A stretch of DNA of 64,000 nt, from NCBI RefSeq assembly GCF_057098645.1, contig NZ_CM169472.1. The stretch is one strand, 5' to 3'. This document shows positions 29,943 to 40,552 of the stretch, one piece after another. The first letter of the stretch is position 1, and the number at the start of each line of letters is the position of its first letter. The notes below the pieces were generated by a model. That model saw nothing but the letters and a program-made list of their open reading frames with translations, was not told the DNA's origin and searched no databases. The position numbers were made by a program, and so were the translations under genes.

Positions 29943-30545
29943 ATGAAGAATAAGGCTGATAACAAAAAAAGGAACTTCCTGACCCATAGTGAAATCGAAT
30001 CACTCCTTAAAGCAGCAAATACCGGGCCTCATGCAGCACGTAATTATTGTCTGACTTTGCTTTGTTTTATTCATGGTTTCCGGGCGAGTGAAATTTGTCG
30101 ATTGAGGATTTCGGATATTGATCTTAAGGCAAAGTGTATATATATCCATCGATTAAAAAAAGGCTTTTCAACAACGCACCCGCTATTGAATAAAGAAGTT
30201 CAGGCTTTAAAAAACTGGTTGAGTATCCGTACTTCGTACCCGCATGCTGAGAGCGAGTGGGTATTTTTATCGCGTAAGGGGAATCCGCTTTCTCGGCAAC
30301 AGTTTTACCATATTATCTCGACTTCCGGTGGTAATGCCGGGTTGTCACTGGAGATTCATCCGCACATGTTACGCCATTCGTGTGGTTTTGCTTTGGCGAA
30401 TATGGGAATAGATACGCGACTTATCCAGGATTATCTTGGGCATCGCAATATTCGTCATACTGTCTGGTATACCGCCAGCAATGCAGGGCGTTTTTACGGC
30501 ATCTGGGATAGAGCCAGAGGACGACAGCGTCACGCTGTTTTATAG
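29943..30545 (+). CDS. fimB: Type 1 fimbriae switch recombinase FimB (tyrosine recombinase)
   Basis: MKNKADNKKRNFLTHSEIESLL..., 200 aa; HxxR and Y motifs near C-terminus; start chosen at ATG 29943 rather than the upstream GTG of the ORF track. Confidence 0.9.
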   Translation: MKNKADNKKRNFLTHSEIESLLKAANTGPHAARNYCLTLLCFIHGFRASEICRLRISDIDLKAKCIYIHRLKKGFSTTHPLLNKEVQALKNWLSIRTSYPHAESEWVFLSRKGNPLSRQQFYHIISTSGGNAGLSLEIHPHMLRHSCGFALANMGIDTRLIQDYLGHRNIRHTVWYTASNAGRFYGIWDRARGRQRHAVL

Positions 30546-31022
30546 AGATAGTTGAGATACCAGGGATGGTGTTAAAAACTACATTATTCTTACGATATAT
30601 CAAAAATGATTAACCATTTATTAATTGATGTTATTGTAAGTATAATTCTTAATTATCATAATAAACATTAAGTTAACCATATCCATACAAAATACAATGG
30701 TTTATGTTCTTCAAAATAAATAAACAAAATCATTCATAAATTTACACATCACTTAAATTCTCCTGTTTTCGCACTTTTTTCTTTATTTTTTAAGCAACTG
30801 GAAGTTAATCCACTGCAATCTATTGTTATATTGAATCAAATCAATGAAAATAGATGTTGTCACATCAGTGATATTTTATTTTTGTATGATATTTAATGTA
30901 ATTGACTGATAGCCACATCACTTCGTGTGTGGTTATCTTTTTATCTATTGGGCTAATTTTGACCGATTGAGGTTTCCTATAGGTATTCATTCAAATATAT
31001 CTCAGTTAGGAGTACTACTATT

Positions 31023-31619
31023 GTGAGTAAACGTCGTTATCTTACCGGTAAAGAAGTTCAGGCCATGATGCAGGCGGTTTGTTACGGGGCAACGGGAGCC
31101 AGAGATTATTGTCTTATTCTGTTGGCATATCGGCATGGGATGCGTATTAGTGAACTGCTTGATCTGCATTATCAGGATCTTGACCTTAATGAAGGTCGAA
31201 TAAATATTCGCCGACTGAAGAACGGATTTTCTACCGTTCACCCGTTACGTTTTGATGAGCGTGAAGCTGTGGAACGCTGGACCCAGGAACGTGCTAACTG
31301 GAAAGGCGCTGACCGGACCGACGCTATATTTATTTCTCGCCGCGGGAGTCGGCTTTCTCGCCAGCAGGCCTATCGCATTATTCGCGATGCCGGTATTGAA
31401 GCTGGAACCGTAACGCAGACTCATCCTCATATGTTAAGGCATGCTTGCGGTTATGAACTGGCGGAGCGTGGTGCAGATACCCGTTTAATTCAGGATTATC
31501 TCGGGCATCGAAATATTCGCCATACTGTGCGTTATACCGCCAGTAATGCTGCTCGTTTTGCTGGATTATGGGAAAGAAATAATCTCATAAACGAAAAATT
31601 AAAAAGAGAAGAGGTTTGA
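31023..31619 (+). CDS. fimE: Type 1 fimbriae switch recombinase FimE (ON-to-OFF)
   Basis: GTG start; MSKRRYLTGKEVQAMMQAVCYGATGARDYCL..., 198 aa; paralogous to FimB. Confidence 0.9.
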   Translation: MSKRRYLTGKEVQAMMQAVCYGATGARDYCLILLAYRHGMRISELLDLHYQDLDLNEGRINIRRLKNGFSTVHPLRFDEREAVERWTQERANWKGADRTDAIFISRRGSRLSRQQAYRIIRDAGIEAGTVTQTHPHMLRHACGYELAERGADTRLIQDYLGHRNIRHTVRYTASNAARFAGLWERNNLINEKLKREEV

Positions 31620-31666
31620 TTTAACTTATTGATAATAAAGTTAAAAAATAAATAAATACAAGACAA

Positions 31667-31980
31667 TTGGGGCCAAACTGTCCATATCATAAATAAGTTA
31701 CGTATTTTTTCTCAAGCATAAAAATATTAAAAAACGACAAAAAGCACCTAACTGTTTGATATGTAAATTATTTCTCTTGTAAATTAATTTCACATCACCT
31801 CCACTATATGTAAAGCTAACGTTTCTGTGACTCGACGCCTCTTCCTCATTCTTCTCTCCAAAAACCACCTAGTTCAATATAAAAAACTGCAAATAAAGAT
31901 AACAATAGAATATTAAGCCAACAAATAAACTGAAAAAGTTTGTGCGCGATGCTTTCCTCTATGAGTCAAAATGGCCCCAA
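31667..31980. promoter_or_regulatory. fimS invertible element (fim switch), 314 bp bounded by 9-bp inverted repeats; apparently in phase-OFF orientation
   Basis: TTGGGGCCA at 31667-31675 and TGGCCCCAA at 31972-31980. Sigma70-like -35 TTGAGA / -10 TATGAT(A) lies on the minus strand at 31685-31715 next to the fimE-proximal repeat, pointing towards fimE. Confidence 0.7.
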
Positions 31981-32099
31981 ATGTTTCATCTTTTGGGGGA
32001 AAACTGTGCAGTGTTGGCAGTCAAACTCGTTGACAAAACAAAGTGTACAGAACGACTGCCCATGTCGATTTAGAAATAGTTTTTTTAAAGGAAAGCAGC

Positions 32100-32648
32100 A
32101 TGAAAATTAAAACTCTGGCAATCGTTGTTCTGTCGGCTCTGTCCCTCAGTTCCGCAGCGGCTCTGGCCGATACTACGACGGTAAATGGTGGGACCGTTCA
32201 CTTTAAAGGGGAAGTTGTTAATGCCGCTTGCGCAGTTGATGCAGGCTCTGTTGATCAAACCGTTCAGTTAGGACAGGTTCGTACCGCATCGCTGGCACAA
32301 GAAGGAGCAACCAGTTCTGCTGTCGGTTTTAACATTCAACTGAACGATTGTGACACTACTGTTGCAGACAAAGCAGCTATTGCCTTCCTTGGTACCGCAA
32401 TTGATGGCACTCATCCTAACGTATTAGCTTTGCAGAGTTCAGCTGCGGGTAGCGCAACAAAAGTTGGTGTGCAGATCCTGGACAGAACGGGCGCTGCGCT
32501 GGCGCTGGACGGTGCGACATTTAGTGCACAAACAACCCTGAATAACGGAACCAACACCATTCCGTTCCAGGCGCGTTATTATGCAATTGGGGCCGCAACC
32601 CCTGGCGCAGCTAATGCGGATGCGACCTTCAAGGTTCAGTATCAATAA
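32100..32648 (+). CDS. fimA: Type 1 fimbrial major subunit FimA
   Basis: [23 protein letters not shown] signal peptide, 182 aa; start taken at conserved Met, not the upstream GTG of the ORF track. Confidence 0.9.
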
Positions 32649-32712
32649 CCTACCCAGGTTCAGGGACGTCATTACGGGCAGGGATGCCCACCCTTGTGCG
32701 ATAAAAATAACG

Positions 32713-33252
32713 ATGAAAAGGAAGAGATTATTTCTATTAGCGTCGTTGCTGCCAATGTTTGCTCTGGCCGGAAATAAATGGAATACCACGTTGCCCGGCG
32801 GAAATATGCAATTCCAGGGCGTCATTATTGCGGAAACTTGCCGGATTGAAGCCGGTGATAAACAAATGACGGTCAATATGGGGCAAATCAGCAGTAACCG
32901 GTTTCATGCGGTAGGGGAAGATAGCGCACCGGTGCCTTTTGTTATTCATTTACGGGAATGTAGCACGGTGGTGAGTGAACGTGTAGGTGTGGCGTTTCAC
33001 GGTGTCGCGGATGGTAAAAATCCGGATGTGCTTTCCGTGGGAGAGGGGCCAGGGATAGCCACCAATATTGGTGTAGCCTTGTTTGATGATGAAGGAAACC
33101 TCGTACCGATTAATCGTCCTCCAGCAAACTGGAAACGGCTTTACTCAGGCTCTACTTCGCTACATTTCATCGCCAAATATCGTGCTACCGGGCGTCGGGT
33201 TACTGGCGGCATCGCCAATGCACAGGCCTGGTTCTCTTTAACCTATCAGTAA
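32713..33252 (+). CDS. fimI: Fimbrial protein FimI
   Basis: [19 protein letters not shown] signal peptide, 179 aa; pilin-like. Confidence 0.85.
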
Positions 33253-33288
33253 TTGTTCAGCAGATAATGTGATAACAGGAACAGGACA

Positions 33289-34014
33289 GTGAGTAATAAA
33301 AACGTCAATGTAAGGAAATCGCAGGTAATAACATTCTGCTTGCTGGCAGGTATCCTGATGTTCATGGCAATGATGGTTGCCGGACGCGCTGAAGCGGGAG
33401 TGGCCTTAGGTGCGACTCGCGTAATTTATCCGGCAGGGCAAAAACAAGTGCAACTTGCCGTGACAAATAATGATGAAAATAGTACCTATTTAATTCAATC
33501 ATGGGTGGAAAATGCCGATGGTGTAAAGGATGGTCGTTTTATCGTGACGCCTCCTCTGTTTGCGATGAAGGGAAAAAAAGAGAATACCTTGCGTATTCTT
33601 GATGCAACAAATAACCAATTGCCACAGGACCGGGAAAGTTTATTCTGGATGAACGTTAAAGCGATTCCGTCAATGGATAAATCAAAATTGACTGAGAATA
33701 CGCTACAGCTCGCAATTATCAGCCGCATTAAACTGTACTATCGTCCGGCTAAATTAGCGTTGCCACCCGATCAGGCCGCAGAAAAATTAAGATTTCGTCG
33801 TAGCGCGAATTCTCTGACGCTGATTAACCCGACACCCTATTACCTGACGGTAACAGAGTTGAATGCCGGAGCCCGGGTTCTTGAAAATGCCTTGGTGCCT
33901 CCAATGGGCGAAAGCACGGTTAAATTGCCTTCTGATGCGGGAAGCAATATTACTTACCGAACAATAAATGATTATGGCGCACTTACCCCAAAAATGACGG
34001 GCGTAATGGAATAA
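33289..34014 (+). CDS. fimC: Periplasmic chaperone FimC
   Basis: GTG start; 241 aa; PapD-like chaperone sequence. Confidence 0.9.
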   Translation: MSNKNVNVRKSQVITFCLLAGILMFMAMMVAGRAEAGVALGATRVIYPAGQKQVQLAVTNNDENSTYLIQSWVENADGVKDGRFIVTPPLFAMKGKKENTLRILDATNNQLPQDRESLFWMNVKAIPSMDKSKLTENTLQLAIISRIKLYYRPAKLALPPDQAAEKLRFRRSANSLTLINPTPYYLTVTELNAGARVLENALVPPMGESTVKLPSDAGSNITYRTINDYGALTPKMTGVME

Positions 34015-34080
34015 TGCAGGGGGAATTTTTCGCCTGAATAAAAAGAATTGACTGCCGGGTGATTTTAAACCGGAGGAATA

Positions 34081-36717
34081 ATGTCATATCTGAATTTAAG
34101 ACTTTACCAGCGAAACACACAATGCTTGCATATTCGTAAGCATCGTTTGGCTGGTTTTTTTGTCCGGCTCGTTGTCGCCTGTGCTTTTGCCGCACAGGCA
34201 CCTTTGTCATCTGCCGAACTCTATTTTAATCCGCGCTTTTTAGCGGATGATCCCCAGGCTGTGGCCGATTTATCGCGTTTTGAAAATGGGCAAGAATTAC
34301 CGCCAGGGACGTATCGTGTCGATATCTATTTGAATAATGGTTATATGGCAACGCGTGATGTCACATTTAATACGGGCGACAGCGAACAAGGGATTGTTCC
34401 CTGCCTGACACGCGCGCAACTTGCCAGTATGGGGCTGAATACGGCTTCTGTCGCCGGTATGAATCTGCTGGCGGATGATGCCTGTGTGCCATTAACCACA
34501 ATGGTCCAGGACGCTACTGCGCATTTAGATGTTGGTCAGCAGCGACTCAACCTGACGATCCCTCAGGCATTTATGAGTAATCGCGCGCGTGGTTATATTC
34601 CTCCTGAGTTATGGGATCCCGGTATTAATGCCGGATTGCTCAATTATAATTTCAGCGGAAATAGTGTACAGAATCGGATTGGGGGTAACAGCCATTATGC
34701 ATATTTAAACCTACAGAGTGGGTTAAATATTGGTGCGTGGCGTTTACGCGACAATACCACCTGGAGTTATAACAGTAGCGACAGATCATCAGGTAGCAAA
34801 AATAAATGGCAGCATATCAATACCTGGCTTGAGCGAGACATAATACCGTTACGTTCCCGGCTGACGCTGGGTGATGGTTATACTCAGGGCGATATTTTCG
34901 ATGGTATTAACTTTCGCGGCGCACAATTGGCCTCAGATGACAATATGTTACCCGATAGCCAAAGAGGATTTGCTCCGGTGATCCACGGTATTGCTCGTGG
35001 TACTGCACAGGTCACTATTAAACAAAATGGGTATGACATTTATAATAGTACGGTGCCGCCGGGGCCTTTTACCATCAACGATATCTATGCTGCAGGTAAT
35101 AGTGGTGACTTGCAGGTAACGATTAAAGAGGCTGACGGCAGCACGCAGATTTTTACCGTACCCTATTCGTCAGTCCCGCTTTTGCAACGTGAAGGGCATA
35201 CTCGTTATTCCATTACGGCAGGAGAATACCGTAGTGGAAATGCGCAACAGGAAAAACCCCGCTTTTTCCAAAGTACATTACTCCACGGCCTTCCGGCTGG
35301 CTGGACAATATATGGTGGAACGCAACTGGCAGATCGTTATCGTGCTTTTAATTTTGGTATCGGGAAAAATATGGGGGCACTGGGCGCTCTGTCTGTGGAT
35401 ATGACTCAGGCTAATTCCACACTTCCCGATGACAGTCAGCATGACGGACAATCGGTGCGTTTTCTCTATAACAAATCGCTCAATGAGTCAGGCACGAATA
35501 TTCAGTTAGTGGGTTACCGTTATTCGACCAGCGGATATTTTAATTTCGCTGATACAACATACAGTCGAATGAATGGCTACAACATCGAAACACAGGACGG
35601 AGTTATTCAGGTTAAGCCGAAATTCACCGACTATTACAACCTCGCTTATAACAAACGCGGGAAATTACAGCTCACCGTTACTCAGCAACTCGGGCGCACA
35701 TCAACACTGTATTTGAGTGGTAGCCATCAAACTTATTGGGGAACGAGTAATGTCGATGAGCAATTCCAGGCTGGATTAAATACTGCGTTCGAAGATATCA
35801 ACTGGACGCTCAGCTATAGCCTGACGAAAAACGCCTGGCAAAAAGGACGGGATCAGATGTTAGCGCTTAACGTCAATATTCCTTTCAGCCACTGGCTGCG
35901 TTCTGACAGTAAATCTCAGTGGCGACATGCCAGTGCCAGCTACAGCATGTCACACGATCTCAACGGTCGAATGACCAATCTGGCTGGTGTATACGGTACG
36001 TTGCTGGAAGACAACAACCTCAGCTATAGCGTGCAAACCGGCTATGCCGGGGGAGGCGATGGTAATAGCGGAAGTACAGGCTACGCCACGCTGAATTATC
36101 GCGGTGGTTACGGCAATGCCAATATCGGTTACAGCCATAGCGATGATATTAAGCAGCTCTATTACGGAGTCAGCGGTGGGGTACTGGCTCATGCCAATGG
36201 CGTAACGCTGGGGCAGCCGTTAAACGATACGGTGGTACTTGTTAAAGCGCCTGGCGCAAAAGATGCAAAAGTCGAAAACCAGACGGGGGTGCGTACCGAC
36301 TGGCGCGGTTATGCCGTGCTGCCTTATGCCACCGAATATCGGGAAAACAGAGTGGCGCTGGATACCAATACCTTGGCTGATAACGTCGATTTAGATAACG
36401 CGGTCGCTAACGTTGTTCCCACTCGTGGGGCGATCGTGCGAGCAGAGTTTAAAGCGCGCGTTGGGATAAAACTGCTCATGACGCTAACCCACAATAATAA
36501 GCCGCTGCCGTTTGGGGCGATGGTGACATCAGATAGTAGCCATAGTAGCGGCATTGTTGCGGATAATGGTCAGGTTTACCTCAGCGGAATGCCTCTAGCG
36601 GGAAAAGTTCAGGTGAAATGGGGAGAAGAGGAAAATGCTCATTGTGTCGCCAATTATCAACTGCCACCAGAGAGTCAGCAGCAGTTATTAACCCAGCTAT
36701 CAGCTGAATGTCGTTAA
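34081..36717 (+). CDS. fimD: Outer-membrane usher FimD
   Basis: 878 aa, usher-family sequence, position in operon. Confidence 0.9.
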   Translation: MSYLNLRLYQRNTQCLHIRKHRLAGFFVRLVVACAFAAQAPLSSAELYFNPRFLADDPQAVADLSRFENGQELPPGTYRVDIYLNNGYMATRDVTFNTGDSEQGIVPCLTRAQLASMGLNTASVAGMNLLADDACVPLTTMVQDATAHLDVGQQRLNLTIPQAFMSNRARGYIPPELWDPGINAGLLNYNFSGNSVQNRIGGNSHYAYLNLQSGLNIGAWRLRDNTTWSYNSSDRSSGSKNKWQHINTWLERDIIPLRSRLTLGDGYTQGDIFDGINFRGAQLASDDNMLPDSQRGFAPVIHGIARGTAQVTIKQNGYDIYNSTVPPGPFTINDIYAAGNSGDLQVTIKEADGSTQIFTVPYSSVPLLQREGHTRYSITAGEYRSGNAQQEKPRFFQSTLLHGLPAGWTIYGGTQLADRYRAFNFGIGKNMGALGALSVDMTQANSTLPDDSQHDGQSVRFLYNKSLNESGTNIQLVGYRYSTSGYFNFADTTYSRMNGYNIETQDGVIQVKPKFTDYYNLAYNKRGKLQLTVTQQLGRTSTLYLSGSHQTYWGTSNVDEQFQAGLNTAFEDINWTLSYSLTKNAWQKGRDQMLALNVNIPFSHWLRSDSKSQWRHASASYSMSHDLNGRMTNLAGVYGTLLEDNNLSYSVQTGYAGGGDGNSGSTGYATLNYRGGYGNANIGYSHSDDIKQLYYGVSGGVLAHANGVTLGQPLNDTVVLVKAPGAKDAKVENQTGVRTDWRGYAVLPYATEYRENRVALDTNTLADNVDLDNAVANVVPTRGAIVRAEFKARVGIKLLMTLTHNNKPLPFGAMVTSDSSHSSGIVADNGQVYLSGMPLAGKVQVKWGEEENAHCVANYQLPPESQQQLLTQLSAECR

Positions 36718-36726
36718 GGGGGCGTG

Positions 36727-37257
36727 ATGAGAAACAAACCTTTTTATCTTCTGTGCGCTTTTTTGTGGCTGGCGGTAAGTCGCGTTTTGGCTGCGGATAG
36801 TACGATTACTATCCGCGGCTATGTCAGAGATAACGGCTGTAGTGTGGCCACTGAATCAACCAATTTTACTGTTGATCTGATGGAAAACGCGGCGAAGCAA
36901 TTTAACAACATTGGCGCAACGACTCCTGTCGTTCCATTTCGTATTTTGCTGTCACCCTGTGGTAACGCCGTTTCTGCCGTAAAGGTTGGGTTTACCGGCG
37001 TTGCAGATAGCCACAATGCCAACCTGCTTGCACTTGAAAATACGGTGTCAGCGGCTTCGGGACTGGGAATACAGCTTCTGAATGAGCAGCAAAATCAGAT
37101 ACTCCTTAATGCTCCATCGTCCGCGATTTCGTGGACGACCCTGACGCCGGGTAAACCAAATACGTTGAATTTTTACGCCCGGCTAATGGCGACACAGGTG
37201 CCTGTCACTGCGGGGCATATCAATGCCACGGCTACCTTCACTCTTGAATATCAGTAA
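36727..37257 (+). CDS. fimF: Minor fimbrial subunit FimF
   Basis: [18 protein letters not shown]..., 176 aa. Confidence 0.9.
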   Translation: MRNKPFYLLCAFLWLAVSRVLAADSTITIRGYVRDNGCSVATESTNFTVDLMENAAKQFNNIGATTPVVPFRILLSPCGNAVSAVKVGFTGVADSHNANLLALENTVSAASGLGIQLLNEQQNQILLNAPSSAISWTTLTPGKPNTLNFYARLMATQVPVTAGHINATATFTLEYQ

Positions 37258-37269
37258 CTGGAGATGCTC

Positions 37270-37773
37270 ATGAAATGGCGCAAACGTGGGTATTTATTGG
37301 CGGCAATATTGGCGCTCGCAAGTGCGACGATACAGGCAGCCGATGTCACCATCACGGTGAACGGTAAGGTCGTCGCCAAACCGTGCACAGTTTCCACCAC
37401 CAATGCCACGGTTGATCTCGGCGATCTTTATTCTTTCAGTCTGATGTCTGCCGGGGCGGCATCGGCCTGGCATGATGTTGCGCTTGAGTTGACTAATTGT
37501 CCGGTGGGAACGTCGAGGGTCACTGCCAGCTTCAGCGGGGCAGCCGACAGTACCGGATATTATAAAAACCAGGGGACCGAGCAAAACATCCAGTTAGAGC
37601 TACAGGATGACAGTGGCAACACATTGAATACTGGCGCAACCAAAACAGTTCAGGTGGATGATTCCTCACAATCAGCGCACTTCCCGTTACAGGTCAGAGC
37701 ATTGACGGTAAATGGCGGAGCCACTCAGGGAACCATTCAGGCAGTGATTAGCATCACCTATACCTACAGCTGA
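37270..37773 (+). CDS. fimG: Minor fimbrial subunit FimG
   Basis: MKWRKRGYLLAAILALASATIQA, 167 aa; GGAG RBS 7 nt upstream. Confidence 0.9.
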   Translation: MKWRKRGYLLAAILALASATIQAADVTITVNGKVVAKPCTVSTTNATVDLGDLYSFSLMSAGAASAWHDVALELTNCPVGTSRVTASFSGAADSTGYYKNQGTEQNIQLELQDDSGNTLNTGATKTVQVDDSSQSAHFPLQVRALTVNGGATQGTIQAVISITYTYS

Positions 37774-37792
37774 ACCCGAAGAGATAATTGTA

Positions 37793-38695
37793 ATGAAACG
37801 AGTTATTACCCTGTTTGCTGTACTGCTGATGGGCTGGTCGGTAAATGCCTGGTCATTCGCCTGTAAAACCGCCAATGGTACCGCTATCCCTATTGGCGGT
37901 GGCAGCGCTAATGTTTATGTAAACCTTGCGCCTGCCGTGAATGTGGGGCAAAACCTGGTCGTAGATCTTTCGACGCAAATCTTTTGCCATAACGATTATC
38001 CGGAAACCATTACAGACTATGTCACACTGCAACGAGGCTCGGCTTATGGCGGCGTGTTATCTAATTTTTCCGGGACCGTAAAATATAGTGGCAGTAGCTA
38101 TCCATTTCCGACTACCAGCGAAACGCCGCGGGTTGTTTATAATTCGAGAACGGATAAGCCGTGGCCGGTGGCGCTTTATTTGACGCCTGTGAGCAGTGCG
38201 GGTGGGGTGGCGATTAAAGCTGGCTCATTAATTGCCGTGCTTATTTTGCGACAGACCAACAACTATAACAGCGATGATTTCCAGTTTGTGTGGAATATTT
38301 ACGCCAATAATGATGTGGTGGTGCCTACTGGCGGCTGCGATGTTTCTGCTCGTGATGTCACCGTTACTCTGCCGGACTACCCTGGTTCAGTGCCAATTCC
38401 TCTTACCGTTTATTGTGCGAAAAGCCAAAACCTGGGGTATTACCTCTCCGGCACAACCGCAGATGCGGGCAACTCGATTTTCACCAATACCGCGTCGTTT
38501 TCACCAGCGCAGGGCGTCGGCGTACAGTTGACGCGCAACGGTACGATTATTCCAGCGAATAACACGGTATCGTTAGGAGCAGTAGGGACTTCGGCGGTAA
38601 GTCTGGGATTAACGGCAAATTACGCACGTACCGGCGGGCAGGTGACTGCAGGGAATGTGCAATCGATTATTGGCGTGACTTTTGTTTATCAATAA
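37793..38695 (+). CDS. fimH: Mannose-binding adhesin FimH
   Basis: MKRVITLFAVLLMGWSVNAWSFACKTANGTAIPIGGG..., 300 aa. Confidence 0.95.
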   Translation: MKRVITLFAVLLMGWSVNAWSFACKTANGTAIPIGGGSANVYVNLAPAVNVGQNLVVDLSTQIFCHNDYPETITDYVTLQRGSAYGGVLSNFSGTVKYSGSSYPFPTTSETPRVVYNSRTDKPWPVALYLTPVSSAGGVAIKAGSLIAVLILRQTNNYNSDDFQFVWNIYANNDVVVPTGGCDVSARDVTVTLPDYPGSVPIPLTVYCAKSQNLGYYLSGTTADAGNSIFTNTASFSPAQGVGVQLTRNGTIIPANNTVSLGAVGTSAVSLGLTANYARTGGQVTAGNVQSIIGVTFVYQ

Positions 38696-38764
38696 AGAAA
38701 TCACAGGGCATTGCTAATGCAGGTACGCAAATATTACCTGAAGCTAAAAACCTGCACGTTAGCC

Positions 38765-38810
38765 CTTTGTAGGCCAGATAAGACGCGTCAGCGTCGCATC
38801 TGGCATAAAC
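38765..38810. repeat. REP (repetitive extragenic palindromic) element
   Basis: tgtaggccagataagacgcgtcagcgtcgcatctggcataaac, the canonical E. coli REP family as I recall it. Confidence 0.7.
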
Positions 38811-38836
38811 AAAGCGCACTTTGCCGACAATCCGAA

Positions 38837-38870
38837 CAGAGCCTGCCATTGGCAGGCTCTGGTGTTCTTT
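38837..38870 (+). terminator. Rho-independent terminator-like hairpin in the convergent fimH/gntP gap
   Basis: 11-bp perfect stem cagagcctgcc / ggcaggctctg with 3-nt loop, followed by gtgttctttt. Confidence 0.6.
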
Positions 38871-40213
38871 TACGCTACCATGCTAATAATCAGCACAATA
38901 ATTAGCCCAACCACGGAGTTGACCAGCTCCAGCAGACCCCAGGTTTTCAACGTGTCTTTTACTGACAGGTCAAAGTAACCTTTGAACAACCAGAAAGATG
39001 CATCGTTAATGTGGGTGAGGGTGTTGGAACCCGCAGCCGTCGCCAGCACCAGCAGCGCCGGATTCACGCCAACCAGCTGACCGGTTGCTGGATCAAGGAT
39101 TGCAGCACTGATAATCCCGGCGGCGGTCATCGCCGAAACGACACCCTGACCCGTCGCCAGACGAATTAGCACAGTGATCAGCCATGCCATAATGTAGGGC
39201 GAGATATTGCCGTGGGACATCAACATGCCGATGGTGTCGCCAATGCCGGTGTCGATGATAGTTTGCTTCAGCACGCCACCCGCACCGATGATCAGAATCA
39301 CCATTGCAATGCTTTTCACCGCACTTTCAAAAGCGTTCATCACCCACTGCATGTCATGACCACGTGCGGTGCCAAAGAGTACGAATGCAACCACCATCGC
39401 AATAAACATTGCAATCGGCGAGGAACCGATAAAGTTAACCACTTCCCAGGCAGGGGTATCTTTTACCAGCCAGATATTGGCGATGGTGGTAGAGATCATA
39501 ATGATCGCCGGGATCAGCGGCACCAGAATCGAAACGCCGAAAGAGGGCAGATTGTTCATATCTACCGGTTGATCTGCTTTCAGGAATGATGGCGTTGGGC
39601 GCTCAAGATTGCCGAGGAACTTCGGCAGGATCAGACCTGCGCAGATTACACTTGGGATCGTCACCAGTACGCCATAGATATAAACCATCCCCATATCTGC
39701 GCCATAAGCATTCACCAGCGCCACAGGACCCGGCTGCGGTGGGAACAGTGAATGTGCGGTAGTGGCAGCTGCTACTGCCGGGATCGCCAGTTTCAGGAAC
39801 GGAATTTTAGCTTCGGCGGCAATGACAATAACCAGCGGCGCTAACATGATAAAGGCCACTTCATAGAACATCGCCAGACCAAAAATCAGGCCGATGATAA
39901 TCACCGACAGCTGTACATAGCGCAGACCGAGACGCGCCAGCAGCGTATGCGCTATCTGGTGAGCCGCGCCGGAGTCGACCATCAATTTACCGATGACCGC
40001 ACCGAACACCACGATGATAGCCAGTTCCCCCAGCGTGTTGCCGAAGCCCGCTTTCATGGTGTGCAGCAGCGACATCAAATCCATGCCCGCCAGCATCCCG
40101 ACGGACAGCGCCGCCACCAACAAAGCCACCATTGAATTGATTTTGAACTTCAAATTCAGTACCAGCATCAGACCAATGCCGAATACCACCCAGAGAATGT
40201 TAAGCACATGCAT
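38870..40213 (-). CDS. gntP: Gluconate/fructuronate permease GntP
   Basis: 447-aa polytopic membrane protein; sequence matches my recollection of E. coli GntP; divergent from uxuA. Confidence 0.9.
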
Positions 40214-40267
40214 AACGTTTTACCTTACCTGGTTGAACCGTTGTTATTTTGGGCGACATGTTATGTA

Positions 40268-40284
40268 AATTGGTCAACCATTGT
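40268..40284. promoter_or_regulatory. UxuR/ExuR-type operator-like palindrome in the gntP-uxuA divergent promoter region
   Basis: aaattggtcaaccattg contains the TGGT..ACCA core typical of FadR-subfamily GntR regulators; a near-identical motif sits upstream of uxuR. Confidence 0.45.
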
Positions 40285-40552
40285 TGCGATGAATGTCACA
40301 TCCTCTGATCAATAACCATCGATTACCCTTTGCTGCAATTTGCAGCAACAACCAGGAGAGTGAAATTCTTGTGATGTGGTTAACCAATTTCAGAATTCGG
40401 GTTGACATGTCTTACCAAAAGGTAGAACTTATACGCCATCTCATCCGATGCAACGCCACGGCTGCGGTCTGGTTGTTCATCCGGATACCTAAACAACTCC
40501 AGGGTTCCGCGTCTCTTTGCTGTGGAACCCACTATGTGAAAGAGGAAAAATC

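Noticed and set aside
31667-31980. fimS in phase-ON orientation
   Set aside because: The strongest promoter-like hexamers in the element face fimE rather than fimA, so I call it OFF; my recollection of the published promoter is not sufficient to make this certain.
32043-32099. N-terminal extensions suggested by the ORF track for fimA (and similarly fimB, fimI, fimF, fimG, nanS, nanM, nanC, uxuA, kptA, yjiM)
   Set aside because: ORF-track starts are the most upstream in-frame start codons; I used the downstream starts that give a proper signal peptide or N-terminus and sit behind an RBS.
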